From an uncultured Pseudomonadota bacterium (lineage in GTDB: Bacteria > Pseudomonadota > Alphaproteobacteria > RF32 > CAG-239): a DNA stretch of 64,000 nucleotides. The position numbers and the translations under genes were made by a program. Below, piece after piece: positions 10,574-19,882 of the stretch (its first letter is position 1; every line of letters begins with the position of its first letter). The stretch covers positions 4,806-68,805 of the forward strand of contig CASFJL010000001.1 of NCBI GenBank assembly GCA_949295005.1, in the 5' to 3' direction. The notes beneath the pieces are model-generated. The model did no database searches. It worked only from the letters and a program-made list of their open reading frames with translations, and was not told the DNA's origin.

Positions 10574-10896
10574 AATTCAACTCCAGTTTATCACGGGACA
10601 ACTCTTGCCGTCAAACATGCTGTGTTTGTGAAGGCAAGCTGCCACCAGCTAGTTAAAACATACCGCCGAATATTTAAGAAAACATCGGCGGTGGAGCTGA
10701 AAAACTGCAAGAATACAGACGCTCTTATTCGACCTAAAAAGGCTTATATCGGGCACTCCACCATAAGTGGATTTTTATTCTTGAGATGTTTTTCAGACAC
10801 CACAGATTATCTCTAATCTGCAAGAGCTATTGTAAAGAGAATAAGAAAAAAAGCAAATATTTTTTTGTGAACGAGGTACAAAACACTTCCTAAACG

Positions 10897-11442
10897 TCAT
10901 GCTGAATTTATTTCAGCATCTCATAAAGCAAGAGACCCTGAAACAAGTTCAGGGTGACTGTATTGTAGATTCATGGTGGCATTTTTATCTAAATAAGGTA
11001 CAATCTCGCCGCCAAAAAAGGAGAAAGCATCGCGGTTTCAAGGCACTGTCACACGGCAGTCAAACCGATGCGATCAAACGTGCTACGTTTGTGGCTTCAG
11101 CTTGGCTGGCGGCAGCCAAGAGACTCATGCTGAATTTATTTCAGCATCTCATAAAAAAAAGACCCTGAAACAAGTTCAGGGTGACAGTCGGAGTGGTATG
11201 TTCAGGGTGATAGTCGGAGTGGTATGTTCAGGGTGATAGTCGGAGTGGTGTGTTCAGGGTGACAGAGCGAGTGGTATGTTCAGCATGACAATAAGGAAAG
11301 AAATTTTTTCAAAGCACGATTCCTCCGCCCAGAAAGGTGAGAGCATCGCGGCTTTAAGGCACTGTCAGAGTGGCAATCTAACTAATGCGGTCAAGCTGGC
11401 TCAGCTTGCGATCAAACGTGCTACGTTTGTGGCTTCAGCTTG
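10897..11442. repeat. Complex non-coding repeat region made of two diverged direct copies of a unit of about 230 bp. Each copy carries two hairpins (atgctgaa-ttta-ttcagcat and ccctgaa-acaag-ttcaggg) and a conserved 3' block. A 26-bp tandem minisatellite (about 4.2 copies, 11181-11290) lies inside copy 2. A third, degenerate copy of the 32-bp 3' block lies at 10609-10640.
   Basis: Direct inspection: 10897-10958 is about equal to 11125-11185; 11023-11110 is about equal to 11338-11442. gtgaYagtcggagtggtatgttcagg repeats with period 26. atcaaacgtgctacgtttgtggcttcagcttg occurs at 11071 and 11410, with a diverged relative at 10609. Confidence 0.8.
11150..11186 (-). terminator. Strong rho-independent terminator on the minus strand, about 260 nt downstream of the topA stop.
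   Basis: Minus-strand read: gtcaccctgaacttgtttcagggtc followed by ttttttttt (7-bp GC-rich stem plus a 9-T run). Confidence 0.5.
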
Positions 11443-13902
11443 TTAAGATTTTATTTTTGCTTCAATAATCTTCAATGCATCTTCCAAAGTTGGTTCTTTG
11501 TCCTTAAATTCTTTGGGCAGAGCAATGTTGTTTTTGCCCCATTTCAAATAAGGACCATAGCGTCCGCTGTTTAGGCTGATTTCTTTTTTGTCTTTGGGGT
11601 GCACGCCCAAAACTTTTCCTGCCGGACGTTCAGCCACACCTTGCAAAATTTGCTCGGCACGCTCTAAGGTAATGTTAAAGATAGTATCGTTTCCACTCAA
11701 AGATTTAGACTTATTACCTTGCTTGATATAAGGGCCAAACTTACCAATATTCACTTCCACACCGTTGCCAAGCTGTTTGGGCAAAGTGAGTAAGGTAGAA
11801 GCTTGCTCAAAAGTTACTTCCTCCGGAGTAATATTTCTGGGCAGGGCAACACGTTTGGGCTTTTCGGTCAAAGCGGTTGCATCTTCACCAAGCTGGAGAT
11901 AAAAACCATACGGACCTTTTTTCAAATATACGTTCAAGCCGTTAAGTTCGCCCAAAGTCTTATCTTCCGGACTAGCCGGTTTAGGCGTGTCATTGGCAGC
12001 TTCTTCCATAGCATCGGTCAAAGGTTTGGTATATTTGCATTCCGGATAATTAGAACAACCGATAAAGGCGCCGAATTTACCTAATTTAATGCTCAATTTG
12101 CCTTTGCCGCATTCTGGGCAAACTCTTGGGTCAGAGCCGTCTTCACGAGGCGGGAACAAGTGATATGATAACACATCGTCAATGGTCTGAATAACCTCGC
12201 TGATTTGCAGAGGTTGAACGGCAGATATGTTTTTTATGAATTTTGCCCAAAATCCGGATAAAAGCTTTTTCCAATCCATATTTCCGGCAGAAACATCATC
12301 TAAAAATTCTTCCAACTGAGCCGTAAAGTCATATTCCACATATTTTTTGAAATAGTTTTCCAAAAATACGGTTACGATTCGGCCTCTGTCTTCGGGAATA
12401 AAGCGCAATTTTTCAACACGTACATATTTGCGCTCCTGCAACACGGAAATAATGCTGGCATAAGTAGACGGACGACCGATTCCCAATTCTTCCAATTTTT
12501 TAACCAAGCTTGCCTCGGTAAAGCGTGGAGGAGGGGTGGTAAAGTGTTGTTCAGGAGTGATTTGCCCTTTATCAAGATTTTCACCCTCGTTAACATTAGG
12601 CAAGATTCTGTTTTCATCATCTTCATCAGAATCATCTTTGCTTTCTTGATAGAGTTTCAAAAATCCGTCAAAGGCAATAACTTGGCCATTTGCACGCAAC
12701 AAAATTTGCTTGTCTGCAGAAATTGAATCAATAACCACGCGGTCTAAAACGGCAGGGTTCATTTGGCAGGCAACCGTACGTTTCCAAATCAATTCATAAA
12801 GTTTATAGCCATCGGCATCAAGCTTGCCTTCCAATTTTTTCGGTGTTTCGGAAACATGAGCCGGACGAATAGCTTCATGCGCTTCTTGAGCGTTTTTAGA
12901 CTTGGTTTTATATTCTTTAGGCTCTTTAGGTAAATATGCCTCACCAAAATATTTAACAATAGCTTCTCTGCAGGCTGTAATAGCTTCTTGAGAAAGGTTA
13001 ACCGCATCGGTACGCATATAAGTGATATAACCGTCTTCATAAAGCTTTTGCGCAACCTGCATTGTTTTTTTGGCACCAAATCTTAATTTTCTGGCGGCCT
13101 CTTGTTGCAAGGTAGATGTGGTGAAAGGCGGAGCCGGATAACGGTTGGCTTTTTTGCGCTCTACACTGGCCACTGCAAAATTCTGCGCCTCAATTTTTGC
13201 TTTGGCTTCCAAAGCCTTAGCTTCACAATTTAAATCAAACTTTTCAAGTTTTTTACCGTCTAAATTAATCGATCTGGACTTAATAACGGCTTTAGATGCG
13301 GTAAGAAGTTCGGCATCAATAGTCCAATATTCTTCAGATTTAAACTTTTCAATTTCGGTTTCGCGTTCGCAAATCAAACGCAATGCCACAGATTGAACAC
13401 GACCGGCAGATTTTGACCCCGGAAGTTTGCGCCACAAAACCGGAGAAAGCGTAAACCCAACCAAATAGTCAAGCGCGCGTCTGGCCATGTAGGCAGAAAC
13501 GAGATTATCATCAATTTGACGTGGATTTTTAATAGCTTCGGTAACGGCTTTTTTGGTAATTTCATGAAAGACAACGCGTTCAATTTTCTTTCCGGCAATT
13601 TTCTTTCTGGCGGTTAATTCTTCTAAAATATGCCAAGCAATGGCTTCTCCCTCTCTATCCGGGTCGGATGCGAGGATGATAGTGTCAGCGTCTTTTAAGG
13701 CGGCAATAATATCTTTGAGGCGTTTTTGTCCGCCGGGGCTAAGTTCCCAAGTCATGGCAAAGTCTTGGTCAGGTTGGACGGAACCGTCTTTACTCGGTAA
13801 GTCTCTAATATGACCAAAGCTGGCCAATACCTTATAGTCATCGCCCAAATACTTATTAATTGTTTTGGCTTTTGCCGGAGACTCAACAATAACTAATTTC
13901 AT
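11443..13902 (-). CDS. topA: DNA topoisomerase I.
   Basis: MKLVIVESPAKAKTINKYLG (Toprim), active-site region ...YITYMRTD, and C-terminal zinc ribbon CPECGKGKL...GCSNYPECKY. Confidence 0.95.
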   Translation of the reverse strand: MKLVIVESPAKAKTINKYLGDDYKVLASFGHIRDLPSKDGSVQPDQDFAMTWELSPGGQKRLKDIIAALKDADTIILASDPDREGEAIAWHILEELTARKKIAGKKIERVVFHEITKKAVTEAIKNPRQIDDNLVSAYMARRALDYLVGFTLSPVLWRKLPGSKSAGRVQSVALRLICERETEIEKFKSEEYWTIDAELLTASKAVIKSRSINLDGKKLEKFDLNCEAKALEAKAKIEAQNFAVASVERKKANRYPAPPFTTSTLQQEAARKLRFGAKKTMQVAQKLYEDGYITYMRTDAVNLSQEAITACREAIVKYFGEAYLPKEPKEYKTKSKNAQEAHEAIRPAHVSETPKKLEGKLDADGYKLYELIWKRTVACQMNPAVLDRVVIDSISADKQILLRANGQVIAFDGFLKLYQESKDDSDEDDENRILPNVNEGENLDKGQITPEQHFTTPPPRFTEASLVKKLEELGIGRPSTYASIISVLQERKYVRVEKLRFIPEDRGRIVTVFLENYFKKYVEYDFTAQLEEFLDDVSAGNMDWKKLLSGFWAKFIKNISAVQPLQISEVIQTIDDVLSYHLFPPREDGSDPRVCPECGKGKLSIKLGKFGAFIGCSNYPECKYTKPLTDAMEEAANDTPKPASPEDKTLGELNGLNVYLKKGPYGFYLQLGEDATALTEKPKRVALPRNITPEEVTFEQASTLLTLPKQLGNGVEVNIGKFGPYIKQGNKSKSLSGNDTIFNITLERAEQILQGVAERPAGKVLGVHPKDKKEISLNSGRYGPYLKWGKNNIALPKEFKDKEPTLEDALKIIEAKIKS

Positions 13903-13917
13903 AATTTTTACCTTTGC

Positions 13918-15027
13918 CTATTTAATAAGAGCTACTTTATTGCCGGGTTGTCTTTCAATTTTTCCGTTTAATTCCAATTCCAATAGCTGAAGAGAAACCT
14001 CTGAAGCAGAAAGCCCGCTGATACGAATAAGTTCATCCACATAAATACCTTCCCGATTAATATATTCGCAAAGCGGAAGTTTTTCTTGGTTTGTTGTTTC
14101 AACTTTTTTCAGCTGCAATGGAATATCAACATTTTTTTCCAAATTGTCAATATATTGTGTTAGACAGTGGTGATTATTTAGATTTAAGGTTTCTAAAATA
14201 TCATCTGCGTTTTCCACCAAAACCGCGCCTTCTTTAATGAGTTTATTGGGGCCGGCGGCGCGAGCATCTTGCGGAGACCCCGGAATGGCAAAAACATCTT
14301 TGCCTTGCTCTAAAGCCAAGCGAGATGTGATTAATGAACCCGAATGTAAAGATGCTTCCACCACCAATGTTCCCAAGCTTAAGCCTGAAACAATACGATT
14401 CCTTCTCGGAAAATTGCTGGTTTGAGCTTCTGTGCCCAATAAAAACTCTGATAATATTAATCCTTGTTCGCAAATTTGTTGATAAAGCGCTTTGTTTTCT
14501 GATGGGTAGACCACGTCAACGCCCGTGCCCAAAACGGCAATTGTTTCACCTTTTTGAGCTTTGGCATACATAGCGCCTTTATGCGCTGCGGAATCAATTC
14601 CTCTGGCCATGCCGGAAATAATCATCACACCGGCATTGGTCAAATCATAAGCAATTTTAGATGCGGTTTTTCTGCCGTTAATAGAGGCATTTCTGGCACC
14701 CACAATAGATAAAGAAACCGGATTTTTCAGAGCCTCTAAATTGCCCAATGCATACAAGATGGGAGGAGCATCAACCATATGTCGCAAATTTTTCGGATAA
14801 TCTTTGCTTTGCAAAGAAAGAATATGGATTCCTTTTCTTTGAGCTTTTTCAAGCTCTTGCTCGGCAGTTGTTCTAGAAAAAAGTTTATATTTTGGAAATT
14901 TAGGAAGTTCTGCCAAAGCCGCTTCAGCACTGCCGAAAGTCTCCAACAATTTATGAAAAGTCACAGGGCCGACATTTTCACAATTAATAAGCTGGATCCA
15001 ATCAACAAGTTGCTTATTTGTCTGCAT
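13918..15027 (-). CDS. dprA: DNA-processing protein DprA (Smf).
   Basis: LSIVGARNASINGRK...ISGMARGIDSAAHKGA is the Rossmann-like DprA core; a C-terminal winged helix follows. Confidence 0.88.
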   Translation of the reverse strand: MQTNKQLVDWIQLINCENVGPVTFHKLLETFGSAEAALAELPKFPKYKLFSRTTAEQELEKAQRKGIHILSLQSKDYPKNLRHMVDAPPILYALGNLEALKNPVSLSIVGARNASINGRKTASKIAYDLTNAGVMIISGMARGIDSAAHKGAMYAKAQKGETIAVLGTGVDVVYPSENKALYQQICEQGLILSEFLLGTEAQTSNFPRRNRIVSGLSLGTLVVEASLHSGSLITSRLALEQGKDVFAIPGSPQDARAAGPNKLIKEGAVLVENADDILETLNLNNHHCLTQYIDNLEKNVDIPLQLKKVETTNQEKLPLCEYINREGIYVDELIRISGLSASEVSLQLLELELNGKIERQPGNKVALIK

Positions 15028-15030
15028 TAA

Positions 15031-15678
15031 TTATTTTTCTTTCTTTTTGAGGTTGATTTTGCTCTCTTGCCCTTTAATCAAACGAACAATATTTGCATGA
15101 TGTCTTGCAATAACCAATAAAGCAATCAGCAAATAAAAGAAGGCATAAACCGGAGTGGTTAAAAAGAAAGCATAAACCGGAACCATAAATGCGGCCACAA
15201 GGGCAGATAATGAAGAATATTTGGTTGTGAAGGCCACAATAAGCCATGTTAACAAAGCCAAACAACCGATTTGCCAGTTTGTAACTAACAACAAACCCAA
15301 AGTGGAGGCAACACCTTTGCCGCCTTTGAATTTGAGCCAAACCGGAAAATTATGGCCGATAATGCCAAAAGAGCCTGCAATTAATTCGGCAACAACATTG
15401 AGCTCAGTATACCATCCCATAAAAATATATGCTTGCGGGGTGACCAACTTGTAGGCAATATAAGCGGCAATACCTGCCTTAAAAGCATCTAACAAAACTG
15501 TGAGCAAAGCCAAATCTTTTCTGCCCGTGCGCAAAACATTGGTCGCCCCGATATTCCCCGAGCCGATTTTTCTGATATCGCCCAATCCGGCCATTTTGGT
15601 TAAAACAAGACCAAAAGGAATAGAACCCAAAATATATCCGCCCAAAGCAGACAAAACAAAAATCAAAGATATGCTCAT
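15031..15678 (-). CDS. plsY: Glycerol-3-phosphate acyltransferase PlsY.
   Basis: GSGNIGATNVLRTGRK motif and a polytopic membrane protein. The plsY-dprA-topA order is conserved in Rhizobiales. Confidence 0.9.
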   Translation of the reverse strand: MSISLIFVLSALGGYILGSIPFGLVLTKMAGLGDIRKIGSGNIGATNVLRTGRKDLALLTVLLDAFKAGIAAYIAYKLVTPQAYIFMGWYTELNVVAELIAGSFGIIGHNFPVWLKFKGGKGVASTLGLLLVTNWQIGCLALLTWLIVAFTTKYSSLSALVAAFMVPVYAFFLTTPVYAFFYLLIALLVIARHHANIVRLIKGQESKINLKKKEK

Positions 15679-15872
15679 AGTTTTTCTCTTTATAAATTTT
15701 TTCCAATTTTCCCTAGTTTTAGCACAAGAGCTTAATCTTGCAACTTAATTTTTGTCATCTTGTTTATTTCTTACAGACAAATAGAGAGAATTGTTGGTAA
15801 AAAACAAAAAATGTTGATGACAAAGCGATTTATTCCGTTATATTGAAAAAAAATATAAGAGGATATGGATAA

Positions 15873-16583
15873 ATGAAGCCTATATATAAGAGAATAATGC
15901 TCAAACTTTCCGGCGAAGGTTTGATGGGAGAAAAAGAGTTTGGCATGTCTGCCAAGGTTATAGATTCTCTGGCAGGTCAAATCAAGTCTGTGTATGAATC
16001 AGGGGTTGAGATTTGCGTGGTTGTCGGCGGCGGCAACATTTTTAGAGGAGCTAAAGAAGCCTCATCTGGAATGAACCGTACCGTTGCAGACCATGTGGGA
16101 ATGTTGGCAACCGTGATGAATGCGCTTTACATTCAAAATGCTTTGGAAAAAATAGGTGTTCCGGCAAGAGTATTGTCCGGATTAAATATCCCTGAAGTTT
16201 GTGAGCATTATGTATACAGAAGAGCTTTGCGCCATTTGGAAAAGAAAAGGGTGGTAATCTTTGCCGCCGGAACCGGAAACCCATATTTCACCACGGATAC
16301 CGGTGCGGCGTTAAGAGCTTCTGAAATGCAGTGTGACGTTATTTTGAAGTCAACACAGGTTGACGGGGTTTATGATTCAGATCCAAAAACAAATCCGCAT
16401 GCCAAAAGATATGATGAAATCTCTTTTGATGAAGTAATTGAGCAACAGTTAAAAGTGATGGATATATCAGCCATTGCTTTAGCAAGAGAAAATCATATTC
16501 CAATTGTTGTCTTTTCACAAAGTGAGACGGACGGATTGCAAAAAACGGTTTGCGGAGAAGGAAAGTTTACAATAATTAAATAA
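15873..16583 (+). CDS. pyrH: UMP kinase.
   Basis: RIMLKLSGE...VVGGGNIFRG...AAGTGNPYFTTDT. Confidence 0.95.
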   Translation: MKPIYKRIMLKLSGEGLMGEKEFGMSAKVIDSLAGQIKSVYESGVEICVVVGGGNIFRGAKEASSGMNRTVADHVGMLATVMNALYIQNALEKIGVPARVLSGLNIPEVCEHYVYRRALRHLEKKRVVIFAAGTGNPYFTTDTGAALRASEMQCDVILKSTQVDGVYDSDPKTNPHAKRYDEISFDEVIEQQLKVMDISAIALARENHIPIVVFSQSETDGLQKTVCGEGKFTIIK

Positions 16584-16598
16584 TCAGAAGAGGTTTAT

Positions 16599-17162
16599 AT
16601 GTCAGATTATAATGAAATTAAAAATGATACTAAAATACGTATGGAAAAAAGTTTTGATTCTTTGAAATCAGACTTTGGCGGTTTGAGAGCAGGCAGAGCG
16701 CATGCCAGTTTGTTAGACGGCATTATGGTTGAGGCTTATGGTTCTCCGACCCCGTTGGCTCAAGTTGGTACGGTTAGTGTTCCGGATGCCAGAACTTTGT
16801 CAGTTAGTGTTTGGGATAAAAGCTTGGCCAAAGCTGTTGAAAAAGCCATAAGAGAGTCTGATTTAGGCTTAAATCCGGTATCAGATGGTCAATTAATCCG
16901 TATTCCAATTCCGCCATTGAGTGAAGAACGCAGAAAAGAGTTGGTTAAGGTTGCCGGCAAATATGCCGAACAAGGCAAAATTGCGGTTCGCAATGTGAGA
17001 AGAGATGCTTTGGACGGTATTAAAAAGCTCAAAAAAGATAATGCTATTTCTGAAGATGAAGAAAAGAAATATGAAAATGAAATCCAAAAATTAACGGATG
17101 AAACAATCAAAAAAATAGATGAAGAATTAGCGCGCAAAGAAAAAGACATTATGCAAGTTTAA
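16599..17162 (+). CDS. frr: Ribosome recycling factor.
   Basis: 187 aa with the typical RRF sequence throughout (…[12 protein letters not shown]…IRNVRRDA…). Confidence 0.95.
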   Translation: MSDYNEIKNDTKIRMEKSFDSLKSDFGGLRAGRAHASLLDGIMVEAYGSPTPLAQVGTVSVPDARTLSVSVWDKSLAKAVEKAIRESDLGLNPVSDGQLIRIPIPPLSEERRKELVKVAGKYAEQGKIAVRNVRRDALDGIKKLKKDNAISEDEEKKYENEIQKLTDETIKKIDEELARKEKDIMQV

Positions 17163-17216
17163 TCTCTGTTTAGTTTTTTTAGTTGAAGATATTGTTTCAC
17201 ATAAAGGGTTTTTATT

Positions 17217-17942
17217 TTGAGTAGTGATAGTACAAATAGGCCGATAGAACACATCGCCATTATCATGGACGGCAACGGTCGCTGGGCCAAAAAAAGAGGT
17301 TTGCCCAGAAACATGGGGCATAGAAAAGGCGCTGAAGTTGTTAAAGAAATCTGCAAAGCGGTTGAAAAGGCAGGAGTGAAATATTTAACTTTATATGCTT
17401 TTTCAACAGAGAATTGGAAGCGTTCAAAGGAAGAAGTTTCCGCTTTGATGGATTTGTTGCGCCAATATCTGGCATCAGATTTGAAAGAACTTCAAGAAAA
17501 AGGAGTTCGTATTCGTTTTATTGGTGAGCGTCAAATGCTTGATGCAGATATAGTAGAAAGCATGAACAAACTTGAGGCAGAAACTCTTCAAAACCAAAAG
17601 ATGACTTTGTGCATAGCTTTAAGTTACGGCTCAAGACAAGAAATTGTATCCGCGGCACAAAAAGTATCCGAATTGGTGAAAAGAGGGGATATCAAGACAG
17701 AAGATATTGATGAAAAACTATTTTCATCTATGCTATATACGCATGATATGCCTGATCCGGATGTGTTGATTCGCACTAGCGGAGAACAAAGAATAAGCAA
17801 TTATCTTTTATGGCAGTTAGCATATACGGAGTTTTTCTTTACAGAGACATTATGGCCTGATTTTTCAGAGAAAGAACTAATGGATATTATTGCAAATTAT
17901 CAAAAAAGGGAGAGAAGATATGGAGCAATCAAAGCTAAATAA
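17217..17942 (+). CDS. uppS: Undecaprenyl-diphosphate synthase.
   Basis: HIAIIMDGNGRWA, FSTENWKR and ...RTSGEQRISNYLLWQLAYTE are cis-prenyltransferase motifs. Confidence 0.92.
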   Translation: MSSDSTNRPIEHIAIIMDGNGRWAKKRGLPRNMGHRKGAEVVKEICKAVEKAGVKYLTLYAFSTENWKRSKEEVSALMDLLRQYLASDLKELQEKGVRIRFIGERQMLDADIVESMNKLEAETLQNQKMTLCIALSYGSRQEIVSAAQKVSELVKRGDIKTEDIDEKLFSSMLYTHDMPDPDVLIRTSGEQRISNYLLWQLAYTEFFFTETLWPDFSEKELMDIIANYQKRERRYGAIKAK

Positions 17943-18711
17943 GGTAATCAAAAGAGTTGTAACGGCTTTGGTATTGATTCCGATAGTTATAGGTGTGATG
18001 TATGTTGGGTATCCATATTTGCATTTAATGGCATTGGTTGTGGGTGCATTAATGGCATGGGAATGGTCAAATATGGTTCCTAATAAAAATGCCGTAATTT
18101 ATGCCAACACATATACATTAAACATAGCGGCAGCCATTTTATTCCCATCATTATTAATTGTTGTTTTATTGCTTTTGTCATCAGCAATATTCATTTGGTA
18201 TAAATCCAAAACAGAAATACACAGAGGTTTGCTGACTTTGGGTGTTTTTTACATTACAATAGGATTCGGCTCTGTAATGTGGTTGTATGACACGGTAGGT
18301 TTCTTAGACACGATGTGGTTTTTGTTGATGGTTTGGAGTGTAGATACCGGAGGTTATATTTTTGGTTCAACCATTAAAGGTCCAAAGTTAGCACCAAAAA
18401 TCAGCCCAAACAAAACTTGGGCGGGTTTGATTGGTGGAACCTTACTGGCAATGGGTGTGAGCGTTGCATATAGTTATTTGTTTACAGAGGCAGAAAATAC
18501 ATTATTTTATGCAATATTTGGCGGCATTATTGCTGTTATTGCTCAGATTGGAGATTTGGTAGAGTCTCACATCAAACGCTCATTGAACATAAAAGATTCA
18601 AGCAATTTAATCCCCGGACATGGCGGAATATTTGACAGAGTAGATGGATTGATTTTTTCAGCTCCGTTAGTCTTTATTTTATTTGTTTATATAAATTCAT
18701 ATGGAATATAG
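17920..18711 (+). CDS. cdsA: Phosphatidate cytidylyltransferase.
   Basis: C-terminal CTP-transferase motif SHIKRSLNIKDSSNLIPGHGGIFDRVD. The start is placed at MEQSKLN (23-nt overlap with uppS) rather than the longer ORF-track start. Confidence 0.85.
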   Translation: MEQSKLNKVIKRVVTALVLIPIVIGVMYVGYPYLHLMALVVGALMAWEWSNMVPNKNAVIYANTYTLNIAAAILFPSLLIVVLLLLSSAIFIWYKSKTEIHRGLLTLGVFYITIGFGSVMWLYDTVGFLDTMWFLLMVWSVDTGGYIFGSTIKGPKLAPKISPNKTWAGLIGGTLLAMGVSVAYSYLFTEAENTLFYAIFGGIIAVIAQIGDLVESHIKRSLNIKDSSNLIPGHGGIFDRVDGLIFSAPLVFILFVYINSYGI

Positions 18712-18721
18712 GTGGTAAAAG

Positions 18722-19858
18722 ATGTCTTGGCTGATTGATACAATCTATTATATTGTTCCATTTATCATTGTATTGGGAGTATTGGTCTTTGTGCATGAAT
18801 TTGGTCATTATTTAATGGCAAAAATTTCTGGCGTGAAGGTAGAGGCTTTTTCTATTGGATTCGGCAAGCAATTGTGGGGTTTTACAGACAAATCCGGAAC
18901 AAAATGGAAAATCAGTGCCATCCCATTAGGCGGATATTGCCAGTTTTTAGGAGATGCAGATGCATCAAGCTCCACATCTGAGGTTAAAGACTTGACTGAA
19001 GAAGAGAAAAGAATGGCATTTCCGTTTCAACCGCCAATCAAAAAACTTCTGATTTCTATTGCCGGTCCAGCAGCAAACTATATTTTTGCCATTGCAATTT
19101 TTGCCAGTGTATTATTTTTCATTGGCAAAATAGAGTTTCCGGCAGTTGTGGGTGAAGTTATACCAAATAGCGCAGCTGAAAAAGCAGGCATTATGGCAAA
19201 AGATAAAATTGTCAGCATCAATGGTCATAAAATAGAATATTTTGGGGATATTGCCAAAGAGGTAGAGCTAAACACCAATAAAGAAATATATATAGAAATT
19301 GAAAGAAACGGAAATATTATAGAGAAATCGTTTCCACTTCAGCCTTTGAGTGTAACAGCTTTGACCGGAGAACGCTCAGAAAAGCAAACACGTCCTATGC
19401 TTGGTGTAAAATCAATCAACACTTTTGATGTAAAATCAATACAGCTTGGTTTTGGGGAAGCAATTATAGATGCTTCTAAACAGGTTTGGGATATTACAAT
19501 TGTAACACTGCGTGGTGTTGGGCAAATGATTACCGGAAAAAGAGGTTCGGAAGATGTTGGTGGTGTTTTGCGCATTGCTGAAATGTCCGGAGATATAACC
19601 AAAGAGCAAGGTGTGCTGAGTTTATTTTTATTTATGGCAATGTTATCTGTAAATTTAGGATTAATTAATCTATTTCCGATACCATTGCTAGATGGCGGTC
19701 ACGTCGTTATTTATTTGTTGGAAATGACCTTTGGAAAAGAGTTAAATCAAAAGTTAAAAGACGGTTTATTTAAGGTTGGTTTTGCTTTGTTAATTGCTTT
19801 AATGGTATTTGCAACATGGAATGACATTGTGCATTTGGTTCAAAGATGGTTTGCATAG
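18722..19858 (+). CDS. rseP: RIP zinc metalloprotease RseP (site-2 protease).
   Basis: HEFGHYLMA (HExxH), PDZ region and C-terminal LDGG motif. Confidence 0.9.
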   Translation: MSWLIDTIYYIVPFIIVLGVLVFVHEFGHYLMAKISGVKVEAFSIGFGKQLWGFTDKSGTKWKISAIPLGGYCQFLGDADASSSTSEVKDLTEEEKRMAFPFQPPIKKLLISIAGPAANYIFAIAIFASVLFFIGKIEFPAVVGEVIPNSAAEKAGIMAKDKIVSINGHKIEYFGDIAKEVELNTNKEIYIEIERNGNIIEKSFPLQPLSVTALTGERSEKQTRPMLGVKSINTFDVKSIQLGFGEAIIDASKQVWDITIVTLRGVGQMITGKRGSEDVGGVLRIAEMSGDITKEQGVLSLFLFMAMLSVNLGLINLFPIPLLDGGHVVIYLLEMTFGKELNQKLKDGLFKVGFALLIALMVFATWNDIVHLVQRWFA

Positions 19859-19882
19859 GGTTTGACAGATAAGGGTTTTTAG

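Noticed and set aside
10899-11168. 89-aa ORF beginning and ending with MLNLFQHLIK.
   Set aside because: Its two ends are the two copies of the same DNA repeat unit. The reading frame is a by-product of the direct duplication, it has no SD, and its composition is unlike the neighbouring genes.
11181-11290. 26-bp tandem repeats considered as a possible CRISPR array.
   Set aside because: The repeats are directly contiguous with no unique spacers, there are only about 4 copies, and no cas genes are present. It is a minisatellite, not a CRISPR array.
17890-17942. Long 5' extension of cdsA overlapping uppS by 53 nt.
   Set aside because: The internal Met at 17920 (MEQSKLN) gives a conventional short overlap and a typical CdsA N-terminus. 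The extended start was discounted.
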